Assembly: GCA_903845115.1 (NCBI GenBank) | Contig: CAIMWE010000041.1 | Span: 5,802-69,801, forward strand | Direction: 5' to 3' | DNA from: an uncultured Acidobacteriota bacterium | GTDB taxonomy: Bacteria > Acidobacteriota > Thermoanaerobaculia > UBA5066 | DNA: 64,000 nt | Part shown: positions 48,155 through 56,805 of the stretch, one piece after another | How positions within the stretch are numbered: the stretch's first letter is position 1 | Layout of the letters: each line of letters starts with the position of its first letter | Position numbers and translations under genes: made by a program | The notes under the pieces: model-generated | The model's database searches: none | What the model was told of the DNA's origin: nothing | The model's input: the letters and a program-made list of their open reading frames with translations, nothing else

Positions 48155-48967
48155 ATGGCCAAAACCCGAACCCTCATCCTGATCCCCGCCCTCGCTGCCG
48201 CGCTCCTCGTCGGTGCCGCTCCGGCCAGGAGCGCCGAACCGATCTCCGAGAGATTCGAGAAGACCTACGACCTCAGCGGGATCCACCGGGTCCGTCTCCA
48301 GAACGTCAACGGTCCGGTCCGGGTCTCGACCTGGGACAAGGAGCTCTTCGGGCTGGAGGCCGTCAAGAAGGCCCGCGGGAGCCGGGCCGAGCAGAACCTG
48401 CGGGACACCGAGATCCGCGTCCAGAAGAGGGGAGACTCGATCGACGTCGAGACGATCCTCCCCAAGAGGGGCCGCTGGTTCGGCCTCTTCCTCGGCGACC
48501 CCAGCGGGGCGGAGGTTTCCTACGAGCTGAAGCTCCCGCCCGCCGTCGTGGTGGAGGTCGAGACGGTCAACGGGAAGGTCGTGGCGGAGAGGAGGACTGG
48601 GTCGCTCTCCCTCAACACGGTGAACGGGTCGGTGCGCGTGGAGTCCCACGACGCGCCGCTCCGCGTCAACACGGTGAACGGCTCCGTCGACGTCGCCTTC
48701 GTCGACGGCCTGAGACAGTCGGACCTCGAGACGGTCAACGGGTCGGTCGTGGTGGCCTGTTCCCGGACCTCCTCGATCCGCTATCAGCTCCAGACCGTCA
48801 ACGGCCGGATCCGGTCGGAGCTCGAAGGGCTGACCGTCGAGGGGAAGTGGGGCCCGAAGGAGGCCCGCGGGACGGTGAACGGCGGCCGGGAGCGGCTCTC
48901 CGTGGAGACCGTCAACGGGGAGATCCGGCTCGTCTGTCCGGAGGAGAAGGCCGGCTCGAGCCGATAG
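48155..48967 (+). CDS. Secreted DUF4097-like beta-strand repeat protein
   Basis: Signal peptide; repeated TVNG[S/K/R/E][V/I] motif. Confidence 0.75.
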   Translation: MAKTRTLILIPALAAALLVGAAPARSAEPISERFEKTYDLSGIHRVRLQNVNGPVRVSTWDKELFGLEAVKKARGSRAEQNLRDTEIRVQKRGDSIDVETILPKRGRWFGLFLGDPSGAEVSYELKLPPAVVVEVETVNGKVVAERRTGSLSLNTVNGSVRVESHDAPLRVNTVNGSVDVAFVDGLRQSDLETVNGSVVVACSRTSSIRYQLQTVNGRIRSELEGLTVEGKWGPKEARGTVNGGRERLSVETVNGEIRLVCPEEKAGSSR

Positions 48968-49038
48968 GCGAACCGGCCGGTCCTTCCGTCGTACCATGGG
49001 GTCCACCGAACCTGGACACGGCGGAAGGAGATCGGCCC

Positions 49039-49431
49039 ATGTCTCGAGACGTTCCCCCGCTCCCCGGCCCCGGTGTTTCTCCTCCTCCGCCTCCCCCGCT
49101 GCCCGGCCCGCCGCCGGCCCCCCCGGCGATTCGGAACACGCCGATGCTCGTTCTCTCCTACCTGGGGCTCCTGGCGCTGATCCCCCTCATCGTCGTGAAG
49201 GACGACCGCGAGGTCCAGTGGCACGCCAAGCACGGGCTCGTCCTGACGATCGCGTTCGTCGCCCTGTCGTTCGGCGCGAGCGTCATGACCTTTCTCGCCG
49301 GGTTCTTCTTCTTCCTCAACCCGCTGGTCTACCTGAGCTGGCTCGCCGTCTCGGTCGTCGCGATGGTGAAGGCGGTGAACGGTCAGCGATTCCGCATCCC
49401 GGGAATCTCGGAGTACGCGGACCGATTCTAG
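49039..49431 (+). CDS. Small membrane protein, DUF4870/Tic20-like, Pro-rich N-terminus
   Basis: LSYLGLLALIP..VQWHAKHG..KAVNGQRFRIP; AGGAG RBS before ATG 49039. Confidence 0.7.
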   Translation: MSRDVPPLPGPGVSPPPPPPLPGPPPAPPAIRNTPMLVLSYLGLLALIPLIVVKDDREVQWHAKHGLVLTIAFVALSFGASVMTFLAGFFFFLNPLVYLSWLAVSVVAMVKAVNGQRFRIPGISEYADRF

Positions 49432-49515
49432 ACTCGAGGGGTGAGCGTAAGCCCCCCTGCCCGGCCTCGGGGGGGGTCTCGTCGTGGGCCAGGGGGGAGG
49501 TGCTAGCATTTCTCC

Positions 49516-49752
49516 ATGTCGTTGGGCAGGGTGATCCACGCGCTGATCCGACGGGGAGATCGGGCCTGGGTGGCGGAGTGTCACGAGATCGCCGTTGTCA
49601 CCCAGGGTGAGACGCTGGACGAGACGGTCCGGAACCTCCAGGAGGCTGTGACCCTGCATCTCGACGGCGAGGAGCCCGGCGCCTTCGGTCTCGTCCCCGA
49701 TCCCCTCCTCTCGGTCACGCTCGAGGTCGAAGCGGCGGTCGATGCCGCATAG
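49516..49752 (+). CDS. hicB: HicB-family antitoxin (short, no DNA-binding domain)
   Basis: WVAEC..VVTQGETLDETVRNLQEAVTLHL. Confidence 0.85.
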   Translation: MSLGRVIHALIRRGDRAWVAECHEIAVVTQGETLDETVRNLQEAVTLHLDGEEPGAFGLVPDPLLSVTLEVEAAVDAA

Positions 49753-49987
49753 GCTCCGGCAGCTCTCGGGGGCGGACGTCCTGCACATCCTCGGACGATT
49801 CGGCTTCGAGGAAGTCGGTCGCCGGGGAAGCCACGTGAAACTCCGCCGAGTATTCGCCGGCGGACGGGAGACGCTCACGGTCCCCTTTCACCGCGACCTC
49901 GATGCCGGAACCGTCCACGCGATCTTCCGCCAGGCCTGCCGTCACGTCGGCGAAGCCGACCTCCGGCCCTACTTCTTCTCCGACTAG
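49742..49987 (+). CDS. hicA: HicA-family mRNA interferase toxin
   Basis: LSGADVLHILGRFGF..RGSHVKL..TVPFH..GTVHAIFRQA. Confidence 0.88.
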   Translation: MPHRLRQLSGADVLHILGRFGFEEVGRRGSHVKLRRVFAGGRETLTVPFHRDLDAGTVHAIFRQACRHVGEADLRPYFFSD

Positions 49988-50183
49988 GCGCCGCGGCTCC
50001 GCGGCATCGACGTCGCGCTCGAGCGGCTCGCGCCGGATGAGCCCCGAGCGGATCGACCTCGGCGCCTTCGTCAGGGAGCTGGTCGGGCCGGGAGAGACGT
50101 CGTGGAATCACCGAGGGCTTCCCGAGGGCGTGCGGCCGGGCGCCGGCAGGGGGTGATCGTGACAGATTCTGCGCGTTGAACTT

Positions 50184-50312
50184 TCACCGTCGCGTCCGGA
50201 TGATCCGCCGGACAAGCGGATCCATGCAGGCGAAGTCGTAGCGCTCGCGCCAGAGCGTCAGGAGGGTTCCCCACGCCTCCACCCATCGGGTCTCGATCTC
50301 CTCGTTGCTCAT
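50184..50312 (-). pseudogene. Possible fragment of a hypothetical protein
   Basis: MSNEEIETRWVEAWGTLL.. reads like a real N-terminus behind a purine-rich RBS but ends after 42 aa. Confidence 0.25.
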
Positions 50313-50565
50313 CTCGTCCTGGAACGGCCGCCGTGTGCCGAGCGGAGGAAGCCACCCGCCGTCGCCGGGAGCGTCCTGACGGGTCGCGACGAAGAAAGCC
50401 GCCACGGCGGAGATGCCGTGATAGCCCGTGACGTGCTTCGTCTCGAGCCAGGGACGCCCGCAGTGGAGGCACGGATGAGACAGATCCTTCGACCCAGACC
50501 GTGATGATGAAGGGGCGACGGCACGTCGACGAGAAGACGGTCCTCTACGCGAAGTCGGGGCGCCT

Positions 50566-50695
50566 TCAGTTCAGGCTCTGGTCCACCTGGCGAGGCGGGC
50601 TGCGCCGCAGGCTCCCGGGCGTCACGCCGAACTGGCGGCGGAAGGCGGAGATGAAATGGTTGACGTGGGAGTAGCCGAGGCGGAGGGCGAGATGC
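50566..50695 (-). pseudogene. AraC-family regulator C-terminal remnant
   Basis: LALRLGYSHVNHFISAFRRQFGVTPGSLR is the second AraC HTH signature; N-terminal part missing. Confidence 0.7.
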
Positions 50696-50799
50696 CGCAG
50701 GATCGCGTAGAAGATTCTCGTCTTCGCGTAGAAAAGGGGAGAAGCGCCCGCAGCGGCGCGGGGGTACCGCCCGATCCGTGGTCGAGTCGGATGGACAGT

Positions 50800-51041
50800 C
50801 ACCTCGCGGTCATTGACGCCAATGCCGAGGCGCTCAATCAGGAAGCCGAGGATGCCCTTTCCTTCCAGGTCGTCCGTTGAGGCGCGGTGAGCTTTACAGG
50901 GTCAAGCACCCGTCCTCACTCGACCCACAGAGGCAACGGGTCTTCGTCGTGGTCAGCCGTCAAGCTCTGATCGCCCTTTCCTTCTCGACCGTGGTGTGCG
51001 CCCCCGTCTACTCCCGGACTTCGGGATCGGCGCGCGGCTGA
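50800..51041 (+). pseudogene. MazE-like antitoxin tail plus truncated MazF/PemK toxin
   Basis: ..[19 protein letters not shown] overlaps (TTGA) an ORF 50877-51041 [28 protein letters not shown] that stops at 54 aa. Confidence 0.7.
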
Positions 51042-51067
51042 ACGTGCGCGCCGCCGCGGCGGAAGGG

Positions 51068-51104
51068 TTGACTATCCTGATCAGGAGAGGCATCCTGACC
51101 AGGA
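51068..51104 (+). promoter_or_regulatory. Promoter TTGACT-N17-CATCCT with twin palindromic operators
   Basis: TCCTGATCAGGA (51075-51086) and TCCTGACCAGGA (51093-51104). Confidence 0.6.
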
Positions 51105-51105
51105 A

Positions 51106-52260
51106 ATGGCCCTCTCCCGGAGCCTCCGGACGGAGACCTCGAGCCCTCTCCTCCGGCGCCTGCGCGACGCGATGGAAGACGCGGGATGGTCCACCCGGCT
51201 GCCCCGGGAACGACACCCGTGGATGCTCGCCGCCTCGAAGGGATCCGCAAGGTACTCCGTCATCCTCAAGGAGGTCCGGGTACCCAGGCGATCGTCGCTT
51301 CAGGGGCTTCTCGCCGACGCCGTCCTGCGGGGGCGCGCGGCCGGCGGACCCCGAGGCGGGTTCCTGGTCGTCGTCGGAGCACCGCTCATCTCGAAGTCCA
51401 TGGCCGATTCGATCGAGGCGTACGCCAGCGAGGTCGTGCCCGGCCAGCCGTTCGGATACGTGGACGGGAGAGGGCTCGTGCGCCTTTTCGGTCCGGGGCT
51501 CGAGGAGGTACGCAACGAGCCGTCCCTCAGCTCCGGATCGCGGCCCGTCGCCGGGCAGCCTCGCGACCTCTTCTCGGACCTCAACCAGTGGATGCTCAAG
51601 GTTGTCTTCGGTGGGAAGCTGCCGGCCGGGATGATCGGCGTGCCGCGGGATGCGGCACGGTCGGCAGCGACCCTCGCGGAGGGGGCGGGAGTGTCGAGCC
51701 CGGCAGCGTGGCGGCTGTTCGCATCGCTCAAGGCGGGGGGGTACCTGGACGATGCCGGGCAGGCCGTGCGAGCCCATGATCTCTTCGTTCGATGGCGGGC
51801 CGCCTCCCTCCGGCCGCAGCGGCAGGTTGGCGCGAGATGGATCCTGCCGGGGCGCGATCCGCTGGAGACGCTCCGCGCCCGCCTCGCCGCGCTTTGCCGA
51901 AGCGAGAAAATGCCGTCGGTCTGCGTCGGCCTCTTTGCTGCGTGCGATGCCCTCGGCGTGGGACACGTTCGCGGTGCGCCCGTTCATCTCTACGTCCGCC
52001 GGGTCGACGAGCCGCAGCTCGAGGCTCTCGGATTGGCGCTCGCAGCGCGCGGCCAGGAGGGCGACGTGCTGGTACGGGTCGCGAGGTGGCCGGAGTCGGT
52101 CTTCCGCGGCGCAGTGAGCGTCGGCGGAGTCCCGGTGGCCGACGTCATCCAGTGCTGGCTCGACGTCTCGGCGGAGCCGGCGCGCGGCGCCGAGCAGGCT
52201 GCCTTCATCTGGCAGCGCGTGCTCGGGCCGGCCATCGCAGGAGGGGGCCGGGAACCGTGA
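51106..52260 (+). CDS. AbiEi-like (type IV TA) antitoxin / HTH protein
   Basis: Central HTH (LAEGAGVSSPAAWRLFASL..GYL), C-terminal PVADVIQCWLDV..RGAEQA; coupled to an NTase gene. Confidence 0.6.
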   Translation: MALSRSLRTETSSPLLRRLRDAMEDAGWSTRLPRERHPWMLAASKGSARYSVILKEVRVPRRSSLQGLLADAVLRGRAAGGPRGGFLVVVGAPLISKSMADSIEAYASEVVPGQPFGYVDGRGLVRLFGPGLEEVRNEPSLSSGSRPVAGQPRDLFSDLNQWMLKVVFGGKLPAGMIGVPRDAARSAATLAEGAGVSSPAAWRLFASLKAGGYLDDAGQAVRAHDLFVRWRAASLRPQRQVGARWILPGRDPLETLRARLAALCRSEKMPSVCVGLFAACDALGVGHVRGAPVHLYVRRVDEPQLEALGLALAARGQEGDVLVRVARWPESVFRGAVSVGGVPVADVIQCWLDVSAEPARGAEQAAFIWQRVLGPAIAGGGREP

Positions 52261-52627
52261 GCGACCTGCGCAGGGATGCCGAGGCGTTCTCGCGGACGGT
52301 CGAAGCGCTGGGGCCGTACCTCCCGGAGCTCGTGTGCATCGGCGGGTGGGCTCATCTTCTCTTCACCCTGAGGCCTGAAGCGACGGCGCTCCCGTTCATC
52401 CTGCTCGGCACGCTCGACGTCGACGTGGCGGCACCCCTCCGCCTCGCTCCCAGGGAGCCATCCATCGCCCAGCTGCACGACAGCGCGACATGGTTCGCGA
52501 GGCCGCGCGGATCGCGGCGGATCGTCCCCGACCGCCCACACCCGAGGTCCTGCTGGCCGGGCTGCGCTCGGGCCTTGCCGGCGCCTTCGACACCCGACCG
52601 GCGGAGGACGACCGAAAAGCCGAGTAG
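52257..52627 (+). pseudogene. Nucleotidyltransferase toxin (AbiEii-like), internally deleted and frameshifted
   Basis: LVCIGGWA..GTLDVDV NTase motif, then after ~73 aa a frame change to a plausible C-terminus DMVREAARIAADRPRPPTPEVLLAGLRSGL..* (TAG 52625-52627). Confidence 0.6.
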
Positions 52628-52773
52628 CTGGCCCACGGCCGAGGCGCGACACGAAGACGAACGTCACGATGTCCTTCCCGAGAAGTTCGGCACCGTGACG
52701 GATCAGAAGGGGGGTTCCGCCGCGTCGCGAACCTGAAGGTCTCGAAGGTCGACCGCGAGATCGCCTTGGCGCG

Positions 52774-53160
52774 CTACCAGATTCGGCTCACGCCGTAGCC
52801 GTCGAATACCTCGTCAACGCTCAAGAGCGGAATCCCCTCGAGCAGAGACTGTGCGATCAAGACCCGGTCGAACGGGTCCCCGTGGAAGTGAGGCAGGCTC
52901 CCGGCCCTCTGGGCATGGATCACGGTGATGTCGAGCGGAAGAAACCCTTGGCCATGGATGCAGCCGAGAACGTCCGCCGCCACGTCGAGCGCTCCGGGAA
53001 GCTTCCCGGCCGCTGCCTTGATCGAGATCTCCCAGGCGGAGGCCGCGCTCACGAGGACTTCCGTCCGCTCGTCGGAGATCACGGTACGGGCCCTCGCGGA
53101 GAGTCGCTTGTCACCGTCCAACCACCAGAGAAGCGCGTGCGTGTCCAGCAGGACCCGCAC
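52774..53160 (-). CDS. vapC: VapC (PIN domain) toxin
   Basis: LLDTHALLWW, SAASAWEISIK, HGDPFDRVLIAQS, LLSVD. Confidence 0.92.
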   Translation of the reverse strand: MRVLLDTHALLWWLDGDKRLSARARTVISDERTEVLVSAASAWEISIKAAAGKLPGALDVAADVLGCIHGQGFLPLDITVIHAQRAGSLPHFHGDPFDRVLIAQSLLEGIPLLSVDEVFDGYGVSRIW

Positions 53161-53161
53161 G

Positions 53162-53398
53162 TTACTTCTCGCCCCAGGCCTTCAGCTCCGCGTCGGAAAG
53201 GGGCTCGAAGAAGGCGTCCGTCACCCGGGCCCGCCCGCGCATCGATCCGAACCGGCGCTTCGGCGCCCGGGTCTCGACAGGAATGAGGCGGACGACGGGC
53301 GTCTTCCCGCGGGCGATGACGACATCCTCGCCCGCGCAGGCCGCTTCGATGAGGCGGGAGAGGTTCGTCTTGGCGGCGTGGATCGTTACGGGCTTCAT
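53162..53398 (-). CDS. Phd/YefM-family antitoxin
   Basis: VTIHAAKTNLSRLIE..GEDVVIARGKTPVVRL..FFEPL. Confidence 0.92.
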   Translation of the reverse strand: MKPVTIHAAKTNLSRLIEAACAGEDVVIARGKTPVVRLIPVETRAPKRRFGSMRGRARVTDAFFEPLSDAELKAWGEK

Positions 53399-53408
53399 GA
53401 CGTTCCCC

Positions 53409-53429
53409 TTAGCTAGGCATTCTAGCTAA
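53409..53429. promoter_or_regulatory. Operator palindrome TTAGCTAG-N5-CTAGCTAA of the vapBC operon
   Basis: Perfect 8-bp inverted repeat overlapping a minus-strand TAGAAT -10, 10 bp upstream of the antitoxin start. Confidence 0.7.
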
Positions 53430-53580
53430 TCGCCGCGGACCGGCGCTCCGACCGAGGGGATGGGCCAGGCTCGGGTGTTGGCGCCTCCCGGCCGAGGGCG
53501 CCCCCTGCGGCGCCCTGGTTCCCTGGGAGTCCCTGCCCCGGCTGCGGCTCACCGACGTCGAATACCGTCCCGCAAGAGTG

Positions 53581-54060
53581 GGGGTCAGGTCTCAACACTG
53601 TGATATTACTGTCGAGTGAGCTGACCCCTCAGGACTGAGGAGCCGGGCGCCATCTGGCACATCACTGCCCCGCGGGAACGAGCGCCAATCGATCTTCGTG
53701 GAGGACGAGGACGAGGACAGGGGACGGCTTCTCGCGCTGCTGGGGAAGGTGGCGGAGGACTTCAACTGGCGCTGCTACGCGTTCGTCTTGATGGGCAACC
53801 ACTACCACCTCAGGGCGGAGACGCCGGAGACCACACTCTCCCGCGGAATGCGTCAGCTGAACGCCGTCTGTACGCTGGGGTTCAACAGGAGGCACGGCAG
53901 GGTGGGGTATCTCTTCCAAGCGGCTGCACCGGGAGTTCGTGGTCGCCGAGACGGCGAGACGCTTCAGCGAGAGGATCGTGTTTTCGCCCGGAAAGCCGAG
54001 GCGGTCCGCAAGCGCCTCCGCTCGAGCCCTTCGAAAATCACAGAGTAGAGACCTGACCCC
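53581..54060 (+). mobile_element. Decayed RAYT-like (Y1 HUH) transposase element with terminal inverted repeats
   Basis: PGAIWHITA / RGNERQSIF..CYAFVLMGNHYHL..GMRQLN..FNRRHGRVGYLFQ; 27-bp TIRs (24/27) at 53581-53607 and 54034-54060. Confidence 0.8.
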
Positions 54061-54137
54061 CTCGAGGGAAGACCGGGCTCGTCCTGATGGTACGAGCCAT
54101 TCGGAAGGAACCCATGTGCCCATCTCGAGACGGGGAT

Positions 54138-54191
54138 GCTCGACGGCACGGCCCCCGACTTCGGCGCGGCGGCGCACGGCCGGGCGGAGGA
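54138..54191 (+). repeat. 54-bp direct repeat, copy 1
   Basis: GCTCGACGGCACG..GGCGCACGGCCGGGCGGAGGA; 51/54 identical to 55195-55248. Confidence 0.85.
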
Positions 54192-54356
54192 GCCGAGGGG
54201 GACGGCCGGACGAGCCTGACTCTCGGCGTTCGTCGACGACCGCGTCACCGGTAAGACCGGGCGCGGGTCAGTTCCCCACCGGCACTACTCAGGTCCCGCG
54301 CGACGGCTCTCCCCGCGATTCAAGATCATAGATAGACCCCGAACCGTGGGGGGATA

Positions 54357-54953
54357 ATGATCCCGGAGGATCGGATGTCAACCGCCCCGAAGGATCGGAT
54401 GACCGAGGACGAGTACCTCGAGCGCGAGCGCGCCTCGGATCGCAAGAGCGAGTTCCTCGACGGGGAAATGTTCGCGCTCGCGGGTGCGAGCCCAACGCAC
54501 GCGCTAATCACCTCGAACGTCGGCGCGGCCTTCCACCAGCGGCTTCGGGAGAGACCCTGCCGCGTCTTCTCACCCGACCTGCGCCTGCGCGTCTCGCCGT
54601 CCGGTCTGTTCTGCTACCCGGACGTCGTGGTGGTCTGCGGCGAGCTCCAGTTCTCTGACGCGGAGAAGGACACGGTCACGAACCCGCTTCTGGTGGTCGA
54701 GGTCCTTTCGCCGTCCACCGAAGGCTGGGACAGGGGAGGGAAGTTCGCGCGCTACCGGATGCTCGAGTCGCTCCGCGAGGTTGTTTTCGTTTCCCAGGGC
54801 CGCGTCCTCGTCGAGCAGTTCACGAGGCAGGACGACGGGCGGTGGATCCTCACCGAGGCGACCCGGCTCGACGAGGTCCTGGCGGTCGAGTCGGTCGCCT
54901 GCGACCTCCCCGTCTCCGAGGTGTACGAGAAGGTCGACCTCGGCGGGTCCTGA
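54357..54953 (+). CDS. Uma2 (DUF820) PD-(D/E)xK-fold putative endonuclease
   Basis: EYLERER..EFLDGEMFALAGAS..H, YPDVVVVC, NPLLVVEVLSPST..DRGGKF. Confidence 0.9.
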   Translation: MIPEDRMSTAPKDRMTEDEYLERERASDRKSEFLDGEMFALAGASPTHALITSNVGAAFHQRLRERPCRVFSPDLRLRVSPSGLFCYPDVVVVCGELQFSDAEKDTVTNPLLVVEVLSPSTEGWDRGGKFARYRMLESLREVVFVSQGRVLVEQFTRQDDGRWILTEATRLDEVLAVESVACDLPVSEVYEKVDLGGS

Positions 54954-55194
54954 CGCTGAAACCGCGGGCACGCGCGGGGCACCTCGATCGCGAGCGGATT
55001 CGGTACGCTCCGCCCGCCTCGCAACTATCCGGGCGCGTCCTGGGCGAGGCAGATCCAGGGCCGGTCCGCGGGCTGACCTAGCGCCCGGTGGACAGGTTCC
55101 TGATGCCGGGTTCCCAGTCCCCGCCCCCGTGCTCGGCCGGCCGGTGGATGGGAACGACGAGGCGGAGACCCGGCCCTGCCACTTCTGATATCAC

Positions 55195-55248
55195 GCTCGA
55201 CGGCACGACCCCCGACTTCTGCGCTGCGGCGCACGGCCGGGCGGAGGA
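55195..55248 (+). repeat. 54-bp direct repeat, copy 2
   Basis: 51/54 identical to 54138-54191. Confidence 0.85.
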
Positions 55249-55328
55249 ACTCCGGTCCTCGAGGAGATCGAGCTGGAGCTTCCCGCCCTCTGGATCCCGA
55301 AGGGGTGGAGCCGCTCCCGGCGCGTCCG

Positions 55329-55372
55329 AAAGAGAAAAGAAAGAGCCGGGGGTGGTCGCCCACCCCCGGCTC
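55329..55372 (-). terminator. Intrinsic terminator downstream of tRNA-Leu
   Basis: Minus strand GAGCCGGGGGTGG-GCGA-CCACCCCCGGCTC followed by TTTCTTTTCTCTTT. Confidence 0.85.
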
Positions 55373-55405
55373 CTCGGTGCGCTAGAGGGCCGGGGAAGAA
55401 AAATC

Positions 55406-55490
<85 letters not shown>

Positions 55491-55554
55491 AAAGAACGGA
55501 CGGGGATCATACCTTTCCGGATCGAGGAATCAAGACGCCGGGGTCCTGGAAGGA

Positions 55555-55908
55555 TTATTTCCCGACGGGGGCCGGCGCCGCCGGGGCCCCGGGAGCCGGG
55601 ATCGCCGGCGCGGCGGGGCGAGGCGCGGCCGGAGCCGACGCCGCCTTCGGCGCGCTTCCCATGACGGTCTTCTTGGCGTTCCGGCTCTCGATCAGCGAGA
55701 TTGTCACCGCGAGGAGGGAGAAACCGACGAACGACCAGGTCGTGATCCGCTCCAGGACGGTCGTGGTGCCGCGGGCGCCGAAGGTCGTCTGCGACGAGGC
55801 GGCGCCGAAGGCGCTGGCGACGTCCGCACCCTTCCCCTGCTGGAGGAGGACCACCAGGATCAGGAAGACGCAGACGATGACGTAGATCGGAATCAGGACG
55901 TAAAGCAT
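55555..55908 (-). CDS. secG: Preprotein translocase subunit SecG
   Basis: LILVVLLQQGKGADVASAFG..TFGARG..LERIT; ATG 55908. Confidence 0.93.
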   Translation of the reverse strand: MLYVLIPIYVIVCVFLILVVLLQQGKGADVASAFGAASSQTTFGARGTTTVLERITTWSFVGFSLLAVTISLIESRNAKKTVMGSAPKAASAPAAPRPAAPAIPAPGAPAAPAPVGK

Positions 55909-56046
55909 GGGCTCGCTCCCCCCTTCCGCGGAAGGGCCACGCAGAATAGCCGAATTCACTCCGAGGCGCCACCGGGGCGGCGCAAGGGCAAATCGGCCGG
56001 CTCCCGGTGGAGCCGGCCGCCGTCTCGAACCCGGCGGCGCCTACCG

Positions 56047-56805
56047 CTAGCCCGCCGCCTTCACCAGGGCGGCGAAGTCGGCCGGGACGAGGGAAGCCCC
56101 GCCCACGAGCCCTCCGTCGATCTCCTCCTCGCCGAAGAGGGTGGCGGCGTTGGCCGGCGTCACCGACCCTCCGTAGAGGATGCGGACCGTGGCCGCCACC
56201 CCCTCGCCGTAACGCTTCGCGAGGAGCGACCGGATCTGCCGGTGGGCCTCCACGGCCATGGCCGGGCTCGCGGCCCGCCCGGTCCCGATCGCCCAGACCG
56301 GCTCGTAGGCGATCACGAGGCCGGCCGGGAGGGAGCCGAAGGGGTCCAGGGCGGTCATCTGCCGCGCGAGGACGTCGTCGGTCTTGCCACCGTCGCGCTC
56401 CTCCAGCGTCTCGCCGACGCAGTAGAGGGGGGAGATGGCGTTCTCCACGAGGCGCTCGATCTTCCGGGTGAAGGCGGCCTCGTCCTCCTTCCGGTCCCGG
56501 CGCCTCTCGCTGTGGCCGACGAGGGCCATGGCGACGCCCAGGTCCTTCAGCATCGGGGCGGAGACCTCGCCGGTGTTGGCGCCCTTGGTCTCCGTGTGGA
56601 CGTCCTGCGCCGCCAGGAGGATCTGCGTGTGGGTGAGGAGGCGCCCGAGCCGCTCCAGCGCCGGGAAGGCCGGCGCGATGGCTACGCCGACCGAGTCGGG
56701 AAGCGAGGGGCGGAGGGCGAGGAACTCCTCGGCGAACGCGGCCGCCTCGCGGGCGGTCTTGTTCATCTTCCAGTTGGCGACGACGAGCGGAGCGCGGCTG
56801 CTCAC
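56047..56805 (-). CDS. tpiA: Triosephosphate isomerase
   Basis: [40 protein letters not shown] overlaps pgk stop. Confidence 0.97.
   Translation of the reverse strand: MSSRAPLVVANWKMNKTAREAAAFAEEFLALRPSLPDSVGVAIAPAFPALERLGRLLTHTQILLAAQDVHTETKGANTGEVSAPMLKDLGVAMALVGHSERRRDRKEDEAAFTRKIERLVENAISPLYCVGETLEERDGGKTDDVLARQMTALDPFGSLPAGLVIAYEPVWAIGTGRAASPAMAVEAHRQIRSLLAKRYGEGVAATVRILYGGSVTPANAATLFGEEEIDGGLVGGASLVPADFAALVKAAG

Noticed and set aside
49827..49842. parS-like CCACGTGAAAC in hicA
   Set aside because: Left arm does not match, and the sequence is explained by the conserved GSHVK codons.
53461..53473. TGGGCCAGGCTCG resembling the tRNA-Leu T-arm (possible att site)
   Set aside because: Only 12/13 nt, lacks the tRNA 3' terminus, and no integrase is present.
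53445..53490. CCGAG..GCCAGGCTCGG..GGCGC resemblance to an SAH riboswitch
   Set aside because: The core pseudoknot segment is missing and no relevant gene lies downstream.
49440..55330. Integron cassette array or CRISPR array as an explanation of the island
   Set aside because: No attC-like RYYYAAC/GTTRRRY pairs recognised, no intI or cas genes, and no regularly spaced repeats.
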